From: Candidatus Moraniibacteriota bacterium
Lineage (GTDB): Bacteria > Patescibacteriota > Minisyncoccia > Moranbacterales > GCA-2747515
Length of the DNA stretch: 64,000 nucleotides
Direction: 5' to 3'
Assembly (NCBI GenBank): GCA_016699795.1
Contig: CP065011.1
Span: forward strand, 819,449-883,448
Below, one piece after another: positions 1-9,937 of this stretch (the first letter of the stretch is position 1; each line of letters begins with the position of its first letter). The notes beneath the pieces were generated by a model, which was not told where the DNA came from, ran no database searches, and saw only the letters and a program-made list of their open reading frames with translations. A program made the translations under genes and the position numbers.

Positions 1-678
1 GATATCGGAGAAGCTGATCGAATGTATATTTTGTATACAAAAGAAGAAGGAAAAATTGTTGTAAAAGCCCCTGGAAGTAGAAAAAATGGAGCAAAACTTT
101 CTTCTCATTTAGAAACTGGAATGTTGTCTTCCGTTTCGATTATGCGATCACGGGGCATGGGTCGAGTGACGTCTGCTTTCTGTGAACAATCTTTTTTTGA
201 AGAAGATCTGATATTTCCCATTGCGCATGAAATGATGAATATTCTCTATTACATGAATCGATATACAGTAGAGCATGATAAGAATGAAAATATTTTTGAC
301 CTTTTGATGTCTTTTTTAAAAAAAGCAAAACATTTTTCAATCCTTGGAAAAGAAGAAAGATTCTCTTTAATGGGAAGTGGTTTTTTATTTCAATTACTTT
401 CTCATATGGGATTTTCTTTTGAAATATCGCGTTGCGTTTCTTGTCTGGAAAAACTTGAAGGTGAGCAATTCTTCTTTGGTATACAACAAGGAGGAATTTT
501 ATGTAGCAATTGTTCTTTAATAGAAAGTGTAGGATTAGAAATAGAAAAAAATAATATAAAATTATTTCGATTATTTGCCACGAATGCTATAGAAAATTTA
601 GGAAAAATTCATGTATCTAGAAAACAGAGCGATCAAATGCGTAATCTTCTAGAAATGTTCTTTCGAAATTTGGAATAG
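1..678 (+). CDS. recO: DNA repair protein RecO, 5' end truncated by window edge
   Basis: The reading frame is open from base 1, so the N-terminus lies upstream. The N-terminal OB-fold-like region (GKIVVKAPGSRK) and the C-terminal CxxC...CxxC zinc finger (CVSCLEKLEG...CSNCS) are typical of RecO. Confidence 0.6.
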   Translation, partial: DIGEADRMYILYTKEEGKIVVKAPGSRKNGAKLSSHLETGMLSSVSIMRSRGMGRVTSAFCEQSFFEEDLIFPIAHEMMNILYYMNRYTVEHDKNENIFDLLMSFLKKAKHFSILGKEERFSLMGSGFLFQLLSHMGFSFEISRCVSCLEKLEGEQFFFGIQQGGILCSNCSLIESVGLEIEKNNIKLFRLFATNAIENLGKIHVSRKQSDQMRNLLEMFFRNLE

Positions 679-761
679 CTCTAATAAAATTTTAAAAAGG
701 CAAATATTTTCATAAAAAATGGATGACAAGGAAAAGAAAATAGCGTATCATTGTATTTCGG

Positions 762-1862
762 TTGGATGAAAGAATTATTGCCAAGCTCCGCTTTTTACTA
801 CAATTTCCAAGTTTCGTTACGAAAGGAGAATATCGACAGCCCTATAAAAGAAATAAGCGAGATAAAACAATTATGATTGAGCATTCGATAAAGAAATCTT
901 TTCCAAGAAATCAACTTCGAAAGAACATTCTTTCTACGGTATGTTACTTTGACGCGATAGAAAAATCACTTACAGCTTTAGAAATTTGGCGTTTTTGTTT
1001 GGACACGCAATATCTTTTTGGAGAAAATTCTCATCGTTTGGAGCCGGGAAATGTTTCCTATAGTGAAATTCTTCGAGTTTTAGATGATCTTGTGAGAGAA
1101 AATTTCTTAGTTTTTTCTGAAGGATTCTATATAATTTCTTCAAAAAAAGAAGAACATGAGATAAGAAAAAAGAATAAAAAAATTTCAGATGAGAAACTTT
1201 GGAAACTTCATTCCTGGGCTTCTTTTTTGCGATACATTCCTTTTATTCGATCAATTATTGTTACTGGTGGATTATCGTCTGGAAATGCAACAAAAAATAG
1301 TGATTGGGATGTTTTAATAGTTGTCCGACGAGGGCATATTTGGACAGCTCGTTTTCTTATGGTTTTTGTGACGCAGCTTTTGGGGAAGAGAAGATATGCT
1401 CATTATATTAAAGATAGAATATGTCTTAATCATTTCATTTCCGATGGAGCTCTTTCTCTTCAATTACGAGATCTTTTTTCCGCCAAGGAATATATCCTTT
1501 CTCTTCCTTTGTGTAATGAAAGATTGTTTGAAAGATTCTTAAGGGAAAATTTGTGGATACGATCATTTTTTCCTCTTTGGGAAATTCCTCGAGCCAAAAA
1601 TATGATTTGTTTAGAGAAAAATTCTTTAGGAAAAATTCTTCAGCGTTTTTTGGAAGCTATTCCTTTTTGGGGAATCCTTGAAAAAAAACTTCGAGTTTGG
1701 CAAAAACAAAAGATTCTCAAAAATCCAAAAACAAATGAACTAGGAAGTTACATTGTAGCTAATGATGATGCTTTAATTTTCCTTCCCGATCCCCATGGGC
1801 CTCGGATATTTGAAAAATTTAAAGAAAATACTTTTCGATTTTCAAGTCGAACAGAGATATAA
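762..1862 (+). CDS. hypothetical protein with a polymerase-beta-type nucleotidyltransferase motif
   Basis: 366-aa ORF containing GGLSSGNATKNSDWDVLIVV, a GS...DxD-like nucleotidyltransferase signature. Nothing else was recognised. Confidence 0.3.
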   Translation: MDERIIAKLRFLLQFPSFVTKGEYRQPYKRNKRDKTIMIEHSIKKSFPRNQLRKNILSTVCYFDAIEKSLTALEIWRFCLDTQYLFGENSHRLEPGNVSYSEILRVLDDLVRENFLVFSEGFYIISSKKEEHEIRKKNKKISDEKLWKLHSWASFLRYIPFIRSIIVTGGLSSGNATKNSDWDVLIVVRRGHIWTARFLMVFVTQLLGKRRYAHYIKDRICLNHFISDGALSLQLRDLFSAKEYILSLPLCNERLFERFLRENLWIRSFFPLWEIPRAKNMICLEKNSLGKILQRFLEAIPFWGILEKKLRVWQKQKILKNPKTNELGSYIVANDDALIFLPDPHGPRIFEKFKENTFRFSSRTEI

Positions 1863-1868
1863 AAGATT

Positions 1869-3011
1869 TTAAAGGTAGGGACATTTACCTTCTTTTTTGA
1901 GTTTATCAATAAGTTTCTTGATATCGCTTCCTACAGTTTTTCTATCTGCTACGAGAATAGCATCTTCAGAATCTATAATAACAATATTCTTGAGATTGAG
2001 TGTGGTGATGAGTTTATTTTGGCCAGAAATAAAACATTCTTTACTTCCTAAATCAATATGATTTCCTTTGGCAACGATAGAGGAATTATATCGATTTTTG
2101 AGAAAGTCATAGAGCGCTTCCCAGTTTCCAATATCATCCCATTCAAGATCAGTCGGGATAACAAGTCTTTTATCTTTGGGCATTTTTTCGATAATGGCAG
2201 TATCGATAGGATCTTCTGGCATAGTAAGATAAAGAGTTTCAATAGTTTTTTTGGAAGGATGTGGTTTTTGGAGTTCTTTATTAATTTTTCTAAGAGGTTT
2301 CCAAATAGTAGGTGCATATTCTTTCACGAGTTCTAAGAGTGATCCTGGAATAAAAACAAAATATCCCGCATTCCAAAGATACTCCCATCCAGAAAGGTAT
2401 CTTTTCGCGGTTGCAATTTGGGGTTTTTCTTTGAAAGCGTCAGCATGAAAAACACGTTTTGTGAAAGTATTTTCTATTTCTTTTCCAATTTTTATATATC
2501 CAAATGCTGTGGAGGGATGCGTGGGATTAATACCGAGAGTTGCAATGCTATCAGGAAATTCTTCAATAGCCTCAAAAGATGTCTTAAGTGCATCGGAGAA
2601 TTCTTTGATATTGCCAATAGCATGATCTGAAGCAATGGTTGCTATAATGGCATCCTTATGAAGAAAGGAAAGTTCAAGTGCGGCTAGTGCTATTCCGGGA
2701 GCAGTGCTTCGTTGAGCGGGTTCGATAATAAGATGATCTTGTGAAATATCGGGAATGTTTTGAAAAACAAGATCCTGGTATCTCTTTGTGGTAGAGATGT
2801 AGATATTATTTTTTGGTACTATTGAGAGAGCTCGTTCATATGTTTCCTGAAGAAGTGTTTTCGAAGAAAGAAGTGTGTGGAATTGTTTGGGTTTTGACGA
2901 TCGTGAAATGGGCCAAAGTCTTGTTCCTGTTCCACCTGCCATAATAACAATAATCCTTTCTTTCAAAGGTTTTTTTATAACATCTTCTGATTTGTCGTTG
3001 ACTTTTTTCAT
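1869..3011 (-). CDS. manC: mannose-1-phosphate guanylyltransferase (GDP-mannose pyrophosphorylase)
   Basis: The N-terminal IIVIMAGGTGTRLWPISRSSKPKQF nucleotidyl transferase signature and overall length match ManC/CpsB. Confidence 0.75.
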   Translation of the reverse strand: MKKVNDKSEDVIKKPLKERIIVIMAGGTGTRLWPISRSSKPKQFHTLLSSKTLLQETYERALSIVPKNNIYISTTKRYQDLVFQNIPDISQDHLIIEPAQRSTAPGIALAALELSFLHKDAIIATIASDHAIGNIKEFSDALKTSFEAIEEFPDSIATLGINPTHPSTAFGYIKIGKEIENTFTKRVFHADAFKEKPQIATAKRYLSGWEYLWNAGYFVFIPGSLLELVKEYAPTIWKPLRKINKELQKPHPSKKTIETLYLTMPEDPIDTAIIEKMPKDKRLVIPTDLEWDDIGNWEALYDFLKNRYNSSIVAKGNHIDLGSKECFISGQNKLITTLNLKNIVIIDSEDAILVADRKTVGSDIKKLIDKLKKEGKCPYL

Positions 3012-3074
3012 AGAGATTGGTACTGTTAACTATGTTTTACGTATAAATGATTGTGAATCTTCTCTTTATATATT

Positions 3075-3296
3075 ATGCATACTTTAGAAGTTCTTCAAGT
3101 GATTGTATCTCTTTTGCTCATTGTTTCCATACTTATGCAAAATCGTGGGTCGAGTCTTGGGGGAGGTTTTGGGGGAGATTCTTTTTCAAGTTACCACACA
3201 AAGCGGGGATTTGAAAAGTTTCTTGTCCGTATATCAATCTTCCTTTCTTTTGCGTTTCTCGCTTTGTCTCTGGCAAATGTCTGGACCGTCTCGTAG
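3075..3296 (+). CDS. secG: preprotein translocase subunit SecG
   Basis: 73-aa protein with two transmembrane segments and a Gly-rich loop (NRGSSLGGGFGGDSFS), the characteristic SecG pattern. Confidence 0.6.
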   Translation: MHTLEVLQVIVSLLLIVSILMQNRGSSLGGGFGGDSFSSYHTKRGFEKFLVRISIFLSFAFLALSLANVWTVS

Positions 3297-3333
3297 AGAT
3301 TTATTGTGATTTTGGAAAAATGAATACGCGCCT

Positions 3334-5049
3334 ATGTCGTTGTATCGAAAAAGCACTTCTTCTGTAAGTCGATTTACCCTCGGATGGTGGGGGGCTCTTC
3401 GTTCGTTTTCTTTTCGCGAAAAACTTGTCGTGGGTTCTTTATTTATTCTTATTGCAAGTTCTATTTTTTATTGGGGAAATTTGGTTTACAAACATTTTAC
3501 TATAGCCATCCCTAAAGAAGGAGGGACGTATATAGAGGGAACAATAGGAAATCCTCATCGTATCAATCCAATATTTTCGAAAGCAAATATCCCAGATCAT
3601 GAAATTTCTCGATTAGTTTATTCTGGACTTTTAAAATATGATGCGCAAGGAAACCTCATAGAAGATATTGCAAAAAGCTGGGAAGTTTCTGAAGACGGAA
3701 AAACCTATACCGTACAGCTTCGAGAAGACGTTCTTTGGCATGACGGAGTTTCTTTGAATGCTCATGATATAACTTTTACAATTGATACAATAAAGAATGC
3801 TGAATATAGTAGTCCTTTTAGAAATATTTGGCTTGATGTTAGTGTAAAAAGAGGAGAAAATGATTATCAAGCTATTTTTACTTTACAAAGTCCGAGGGCA
3901 AATTTTAAAGAAAATCTTACTGTGGGAATTTTACCAAAACATATTTGGGAAAGTATTCCTCCCCAAAACTTTGCACTTCACCCTTCCAACTTAGAGCCTA
4001 TAGGGACTGGTCCTTATCGTTTCGAGCAATCTCAAAAGGACACTGAAGGGAAGATTCTTATTTATGAACTTTCTTCCTTTGCTAAATATTATGGAAAAAA
4101 ACCAAATATTTCAAAAGTTATTTTTAAATTTTATCCAGATAGAGAGTCTTTGCGTCAGGCTTATAAGAATAAAGAAGTGAAGGGTTTGAGTGGCATTGAT
4201 ACTTCTGACCTTCAAGAATTAGGAGATCACGTTGAACGTCTTAATCTTCATGCTATTGAAGTACCTCATTTTTTTGTTGTGTATTTTAATCAATCAAAAA
4301 GTAAATCTCTTGCCTATAAGGAAGTAAGAAATGCACTTAATCTTGCCACGAATCGTACAAAAATTGTTGAAGATATTCTTTCTGGAAAAGGAAAGGTTGT
4401 TCGAGGACCTTTTTTGGAAGAAAGCTTCACGGAAGAATCATTTGAAGATCGTCAAAAAAAAGCAAAAGATCTTTTAGAAGAGAATGGTTGGAAGTTGGGA
4501 GCTGATGGTGTGCGAGAGAAGAATGGAGTTCGTATTGAATTTGATATGTATACAGGAGATATTATTCAGGATCTTTCTGTTACTGCAGATGCTTTGAAAT
4601 CACAGTGGGAGGTTATAGGAGTAAGGGTCAATGTAAAAGTCCTTCCTGATCATGATCTCTTTAATAATTATATGAAACCTAGAGAATATGATTCTTTGCT
4701 CTACGCCCACATGACAACATTCATTCCCGATATTTCTCCCTTTTGGCATTCTACTAAAACAAAGGATCCAGGATTGAATTTTTCAGTGTACAAAAATGAT
4801 GAACTCGATGGATTTCTTGATACGCTTCTTATTTCACAAAACGATGAAGAAAGAAAAAAGGCATCAGAAGGAACTACACGCATTTTTGCGGAAGAGAGTC
4901 CTGCTCTCTATCTTTATTCTCCCTCATACATATATCCTTTGGATAAAAGTATTCAAGGAGTTACCTTAAAGAGGCTCACCGAAGACGCTAATAGGTTTTA
5001 CGATATTGAAAATTGGTATATAAAAACAAATCGTATTTGGAAAAAGTAA
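3334..5049 (+). CDS. ABC transporter substrate-binding protein, family 5 (peptide/nickel type)
   Basis: N-terminal transmembrane anchor, then the YSGLLKYDAQGNLIEDIAKSWEVSEDGKTYTVQLREDVLWHDG block typical of family-5 solute-binding proteins; 571 aa. Confidence 0.65.
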   Translation: MSLYRKSTSSVSRFTLGWWGALRSFSFREKLVVGSLFILIASSIFYWGNLVYKHFTIAIPKEGGTYIEGTIGNPHRINPIFSKANIPDHEISRLVYSGLLKYDAQGNLIEDIAKSWEVSEDGKTYTVQLREDVLWHDGVSLNAHDITFTIDTIKNAEYSSPFRNIWLDVSVKRGENDYQAIFTLQSPRANFKENLTVGILPKHIWESIPPQNFALHPSNLEPIGTGPYRFEQSQKDTEGKILIYELSSFAKYYGKKPNISKVIFKFYPDRESLRQAYKNKEVKGLSGIDTSDLQELGDHVERLNLHAIEVPHFFVVYFNQSKSKSLAYKEVRNALNLATNRTKIVEDILSGKGKVVRGPFLEESFTEESFEDRQKKAKDLLEENGWKLGADGVREKNGVRIEFDMYTGDIIQDLSVTADALKSQWEVIGVRVNVKVLPDHDLFNNYMKPREYDSLLYAHMTTFIPDISPFWHSTKTKDPGLNFSVYKNDELDGFLDTLLISQNDEERKKASEGTTRIFAEESPALYLYSPSYIYPLDKSIQGVTLKRLTEDANRFYDIENWYIKTNRIWKK

Positions 5050-5092
5050 ACACATAAAGGAGAAATCTTTAAAGTTTTAAAAAAGAAATACT

Positions 5093-6130
5093 ATGGAAAA
5101 TAGAGAAAAAGATCCTTCAAATATGCGAAAAGTTATTCTTGAAGAATATGCTCAATTTCAAGAAGGTTTCTGTACTGTAGATAATGCCACGAAAGAAATT
5201 ATACCTTTAGTAAAGCCTTATAAGCGAATCCTAGTCTTTGGTATGGGAGGAAGTGCCCTTCCTTGTGATATAACGGATATTTATATTCGAGATGCGGCGG
5301 TTCGCTTACATTTTCCTTATATTCCTTTTTCATCTTTTCGTTCTTATGAAACTCCTTTGGAAAGTTCCAAGGAAACATTGCATATTATATGTTCGCATTC
5401 TGGAAATACAGAAGAAACGCTTTCAGCATTGGAAGTTATTGCAAAAAAAGGATTTCCTCTTATTGGTGTATCAAGTGGAGGAACATTAGAACGTCGATGT
5501 TTGGAATTAGATATTCCTTTTGTAAAACTTCCTATTCCTTTTTTGAATTTTCAGCCACGGATGGCGTCAGGTCATTTTTTCTCTGTACTTATTGGCATTT
5601 TGATTCGTAGTGGTATTCTTCCGGAAATTCTTCGTGAAGAGATTCTTTCTGAAGCAAAAAATATGCAACAATGCATTGAGAATCAAGAAATGATAGCCAA
5701 GGAAATAGGAGAATCTTTGAAGGGTAAAACACCAATTATATATTCTTCGGAAAGATTTCGAGCTTTGGCGATGACTTGGAAGATAAAGATAAATGAAAAT
5801 GCAAAAACTCCTGCTTTTTGGAATTATTTTCCAGAACTTAATCATAATGAGATGGTTGGATTTACGTATCCTCAAGCTGAATTTTCTTTCTTTTTGCTTC
5901 GTGATGAGGATGAAGATCCGAGAATCCTTCGTAGGTTTGAAGTCTTTTCGCAATTAATGAAAAAAGCAGGAAGGGAAGTTAAGATTATTGACATTTCTGG
6001 AAATACGGTATATAGTAAACTTTTCTCGACGCTTTCTTTTGGTGACTGGGTTTCGTATTATTTGGCACTCGCTTATGATATAGATCCAACACCTGTGGAT
6101 ATGGTTGAAGCATTTAAGAAAATGCTTTAA
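5093..6130 (+). CDS. bifunctional phosphoglucose/phosphomannose isomerase (SIS domain)
   Basis: The SIS-domain pattern (ILVFGMGGSALPCD ... IICSHSGNTEET) and ~345-aa length match archaeal-type PGI/PMI. Confidence 0.55.
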   Translation: MENREKDPSNMRKVILEEYAQFQEGFCTVDNATKEIIPLVKPYKRILVFGMGGSALPCDITDIYIRDAAVRLHFPYIPFSSFRSYETPLESSKETLHIICSHSGNTEETLSALEVIAKKGFPLIGVSSGGTLERRCLELDIPFVKLPIPFLNFQPRMASGHFFSVLIGILIRSGILPEILREEILSEAKNMQQCIENQEMIAKEIGESLKGKTPIIYSSERFRALAMTWKIKINENAKTPAFWNYFPELNHNEMVGFTYPQAEFSFFLLRDEDEDPRILRRFEVFSQLMKKAGREVKIIDISGNTVYSKLFSTLSFGDWVSYYLALAYDIDPTPVDMVEAFKKML

Positions 6131-6174
6131 TTTGATAGATAAGAGGTACTATTTTTTGTAAAATTTACCTCTTC

Positions 6175-6258
6175 GGGGATATGGCGAAATTGGTAGACGC
6201 GTCAGCTTCAGGGGCTGATAATAGCAATGTTATGAGAGTTCAAATCTCTCTATCCCCA
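6175..6258 (+). tRNA. tRNA-Leu (anticodon CAG)
   Basis: Cloverleaf folded by hand: acceptor GGGGATA/TATCCCC, anticodon stem TCAGC/GCTGA with loop TTCAGGG, a long variable arm, and T-stem GAGAG/CTCTC with loop TTCAAAT. CCA is not encoded. Confidence 0.8.
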
Positions 6259-6385
6259 CGAATTTTTTGGATAGAGAAATGAAATATTTTTTATCAAATT
6301 TCCTCGCTTTTGATAAAAAGGTTCATTTTTCTATCCTTGATGAATAGAATAAGACTTTTTAAAAGAAATTTCTTTCTATTTTTAA

Positions 6386-8446
6386 GTGATTACAATACTA
6401 AACAGTGAGAATGAAAATATGTTTATAGATACTATACGAAGAGACAGAAAAACATCGCCAAAAAAAGTGAACCCTCAGGATAAAGAAGGGCACACACTTA
6501 ATGCGAAAAAATCTGTTGAAAGAAGAAAAACGGAGATATCTCCGTTAAAGAATCAAGCTAAAAATGTGAGTAGTGGAACGAATCAAGCATCCCCGACACA
6601 GAATGAAAATACACCACAAAGAAAAAGATCTGCGCAAGGGGGAAGAAGAGGTGGGCAACAAAAGCGAACGCCATCTCATTCTTTTGGGGGTTCAACGCAC
6701 ACACTTCGAGGAGGTGCAGACCGTGTTACAACAAGACAAGATCAATCAAGAGTGGAAATTGTTCCACCTGTAAAGCCTAAAACACTTCGAGTTATTCCTA
6801 TTGGGGGACAAGAAGAGGTGGGAAGGAATATGGCAGTGTTTGAATATGATGGCGATATTGTTATTGTAGATATGGGAATGCAGTTTCCTGAAGAAGATAT
6901 GCCCGGTATCGATTATATCGTTCCTAATATTGATTATTTAAAAGGAAAAGAAAGTCGTATCCGAGGGGTAATCTTTACTCATGGTCATTTAGATCATATT
7001 GGCGCAGCACCGATTCTTTTGGAAAAATTGGGGTATCCTCCTATTGTGGGAAGAGATCTTACTATTGCTATGTTGAAGAGAAAAATAGAAGAACATAATC
7101 CTAATGCAGCGTCAAAACTTAAAGTTATCCATGTAAAATCTTTTCGAGATACTGTCCGACTTGGCCAATTTCAAGCAGGATTTTTCGATGTTGAACATTC
7201 GATTATGGATGCTATAGGAGTTGTTCTTGCTACCGACGCTGGAACAATTGTTCATCTCGGAGATTGGACTATCGGACATGATTCTATAGAAAAAAATAAT
7301 ATTTCGTATACTCATTTATCTCGACTTCCTCGACCTACCATTTTAATGCTTGAAAGTTTGGGGGCTATCAATAAAAATCCTCCTAAATCTGAAAAACAAG
7401 TGCAAAAAAATCTCGAAGATCTTATAGCGGAAGCTCCCGGACGAGTTATTATCGGAACATTCTCTTCTCAGATTAAACGCGTTTCTTATCTTTTGAGCTA
7501 CGCGGAAAAGATTGGAAAGAAAGTTGCTCTTGATGGGTATAGTATGCGAACCAATATTGAAATCGCTCGAGAGCTTGGTTATCTTAATGTTCAAAAAGAT
7601 ACACTTATTCCGGTTTCTGATATTCATAAATATCCCGAAAATAGAATTGTGGTTATTTGCACCGGTGCTCAAGGCGAAGCGAATGCTGTTTTTAATCGAA
7701 TCGTTACGGGGAATCATAGATTTATTACTTTGCAAAAAACAGACACGATCGTTTTTTCTTCGTCGGTTATTCCTGGAAATGAACGAAGTGTGCAACGATT
7801 AAAAGATAATCTTTATCGAAAATGCGAGAATGTAATCCATAGCGATATTATGGATATTCATATGAGTGGACATTCTACAGCTGAAGATATTCGTGAAATG
7901 ATTCGTCAGATCAAACCTTCATATTTCCTTCCTGTATATGCTAATCATTTTTTTCTCAAAGAAGCTAAAAAACGAGCAGTAGAAATTGGTTATCCTGTGG
8001 AAGATGTATTTGTTTTGGATAACGGAAACGTAATTGACTTTAAAAAAGGAGAACGACCTAAAGTTCTTAAAGAAAAAGCTGATTCTAGCTATGTATTCAT
8101 CGACGGACTTGGTATTGGAGATATTGGGCACGTAGTTCTTCGTGATCGACAAATGCTTTCTGAAGATGGTATGTTTGCCATAACTATCATTCTTGATTCG
8201 AAGACCAAAGAGGTTGTTGGGAATATGCAAGTAACTTCTCGAGGATTTATTCTTGTGAAAGAAAACTTTGACTTGGTTAATGAAACGAAACGTCGTGTAG
8301 GCGATATTATAAAAAGAACAACGTCCAAAGATACTAAGTTAGATCCTCGATTTGTAGAAAATGCTATTAGGGATCAAATTGGAGAATTTCTTTTTCAAAA
8401 AACACAAAGACGTCCAATGATTCTTCCTGTTGTAGTGGAAGTATAA
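6386..8446 (+). CDS. rnj: ribonuclease J (beta-CASP metallo-beta-lactamase RNase) with an N-terminal basic low-complexity extension
   Basis: The HGHLDHIG metallo-beta-lactamase motif and the beta-CASP/C-terminal domain organisation match RNase J. The first ~125 aa are rich in R/Q/G/K and have no counterpart in canonical RNase J. Confidence 0.8.
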   Translation: MITILNSENENMFIDTIRRDRKTSPKKVNPQDKEGHTLNAKKSVERRKTEISPLKNQAKNVSSGTNQASPTQNENTPQRKRSAQGGRRGGQQKRTPSHSFGGSTHTLRGGADRVTTRQDQSRVEIVPPVKPKTLRVIPIGGQEEVGRNMAVFEYDGDIVIVDMGMQFPEEDMPGIDYIVPNIDYLKGKESRIRGVIFTHGHLDHIGAAPILLEKLGYPPIVGRDLTIAMLKRKIEEHNPNAASKLKVIHVKSFRDTVRLGQFQAGFFDVEHSIMDAIGVVLATDAGTIVHLGDWTIGHDSIEKNNISYTHLSRLPRPTILMLESLGAINKNPPKSEKQVQKNLEDLIAEAPGRVIIGTFSSQIKRVSYLLSYAEKIGKKVALDGYSMRTNIEIARELGYLNVQKDTLIPVSDIHKYPENRIVVICTGAQGEANAVFNRIVTGNHRFITLQKTDTIVFSSSVIPGNERSVQRLKDNLYRKCENVIHSDIMDIHMSGHSTAEDIREMIRQIKPSYFLPVYANHFFLKEAKKRAVEIGYPVEDVFVLDNGNVIDFKKGERPKVLKEKADSSYVFIDGLGIGDIGHVVLRDRQMLSEDGMFAITIILDSKTKEVVGNMQVTSRGFILVKENFDLVNETKRRVGDIIKRTTSKDTKLDPRFVENAIRDQIGEFLFQKTQRRPMILPVVVEV

Positions 8447-8465
8447 GAAATCTTTTTCTTTTTAA

Positions 8466-8497
8466 AAAAGTATACCTTGAAAAAGGTATACTTTTTT
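8466..8497 (+). terminator. rho-independent terminator after rnj
   Basis: Perfect 13-bp inverted repeat AAAAGTATACCTT-gaaa-AAGGTATACTTTT followed by a T-run. Confidence 0.55.
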
Positions 8498-8588
8498 GTG
8501 AGTCTTACTATTTTGGAGAAAGATATTATTTGTGATATTCTTATAAAAGAAAAATTCTATGAAAATAAATAATAAAAATATATTGAGT

Positions 8589-9512
8589 ATGAAACAAAAG
8601 AATCTTCTTTTTTTCTTTGGATTTTTTGTATTTAATTTTTTCATACTTCCTTTTTCCGCTCAAGCTCAAACAAGTCAGTGGATGTGGGGAGGGGGAGTTG
8701 CACCAACAAATCCTCCTGGATATGATGGTATGGGTTGGATAAGTGCTACAAATGAAAATATAGGAGGAGGCTCGACATACAAAGTAATAATTCCTCCTGC
8801 TGACGGAGCGGTTTCAGGATATGGATGGAGCGAATATTACGGTTGGATTGATTTTCAACCCACAGGACCTTATCCAGCAGGGCCTAATCATCCAGCACAA
8901 AGAGAGGGAAATCTTCTTACTGGTTGGGCAAGGATTCTTTCGATACAAAATGAAGGGATTAATTCTGGAGGATGGAGTGGTTGGATAAAATTAAGTGGTT
9001 CAGGCTATGGGGTGGATGTAACAAAATTTGGAGTTGAAGGAACGTATGCATGGTCGGATGAGCTTGGTTGGATCGATTTTCGTTATATAGGAATTCCTAC
9101 AGACGGAAAATGCGGAACTGCTAAAAGAAACTATCTTTGTTCTGAGACTGCGTATTCTCCGGGAGATACTTTTTGTGATAAAGGAATGTCTATTCCAACA
9201 ACGCCTTCATTTCCTACCTCAGCCATTCCTGTTATATGGCAATGTCCTGGAGAAAATGGAGGAAAGGATTTGGATTGTCCGGCTACAAAACAAGTCACTG
9301 AAGATGGACGCTGTGGAACGAATTTAAAATGTGCAGAGGGTTCTTTAGGGGAGGATGATCGCGAATTTTGCCTAACAGGAACGGTTAAGAATTTAGATTA
9401 TTCCTCAGGACGTTGGACATGGAAATGTGAGGGATCGTGTGGTACTTCTGAGGATTGTAATGATAGTAAAGGATTATCGCAGTGTGCTCGATATATGGAA
9501 GTAACGCCATAA
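8589..9512 (+). CDS. secreted hypothetical protein with Trp/Gly repeats and a Cys-rich C-terminus
   Basis: Signal peptide ending in AQA. A GWIDF/GWIKL-containing unit recurs three times, and the last ~110 aa contain at least 14 Cys. The start is taken at an internal Met at 8589; the track ORF begins at 8559. Confidence 0.4.
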   Translation: MKQKNLLFFFGFFVFNFFILPFSAQAQTSQWMWGGGVAPTNPPGYDGMGWISATNENIGGGSTYKVIIPPADGAVSGYGWSEYYGWIDFQPTGPYPAGPNHPAQREGNLLTGWARILSIQNEGINSGGWSGWIKLSGSGYGVDVTKFGVEGTYAWSDELGWIDFRYIGIPTDGKCGTAKRNYLCSETAYSPGDTFCDKGMSIPTTPSFPTSAIPVIWQCPGENGGKDLDCPATKQVTEDGRCGTNLKCAEGSLGEDDREFCLTGTVKNLDYSSGRWTWKCEGSCGTSEDCNDSKGLSQCARYMEVTP

Positions 9513-9565
9513 ACAAAAGAACGAAGAAAGAATTTTTAATAAATAGATACTATAGTAAAAATTTT

Positions 9566-9898
9566 ATGATAATAAAAAAGAAAAAATATCTTTCAGCCTT
9601 TCTTATTTTCCTTTTGTTTATAATGATTATTTTCGTTCTCTTGGCTTTGTTTTGGAAAGGGAATAGTAATCAAGGGAATGGAGATAAAAAGGAGTCTTTG
9701 AAAGTATATACAGATAACGAGACAGTATATTCAGAAGAGGAAATTCGAGAGGCTTTGAATAAACGTCTTCCGGAAGGAGATCAAAAAAATGAACTTTCCC
9801 AAGAAGAAATACGGACTCTTTTAGATGAAAGAAAAGAAGCTGAAACGAAAGTATATTCCGAGGAAGAATTACAAAAGGCTCTCAATGAAAGAAAATAA
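9566..9898 (+). CDS. small membrane-anchored hypothetical protein with an internal tandem repeat
   Basis: N-terminal transmembrane segment, then a duplicated YSEEE(I/L)..AL(N)(K/E)R unit. The start is taken at the Met at 9566. Confidence 0.3.
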   Translation: MIIKKKKYLSAFLIFLLFIMIIFVLLALFWKGNSNQGNGDKKESLKVYTDNETVYSEEEIREALNKRLPEGDQKNELSQEEIRTLLDERKEAETKVYSEEELQKALNERK

Positions 9899-9937
9899 AT
9901 GTATAAAAGTTTTATAAAAAAATAAGAGAAAAGAATT

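Noticed and set aside
2048-2630. Several 65-92-aa ORFs on both strands inside manC
   Set aside because: They are nested within a well-supported 380-aa ManC reading frame and have no independent signal.
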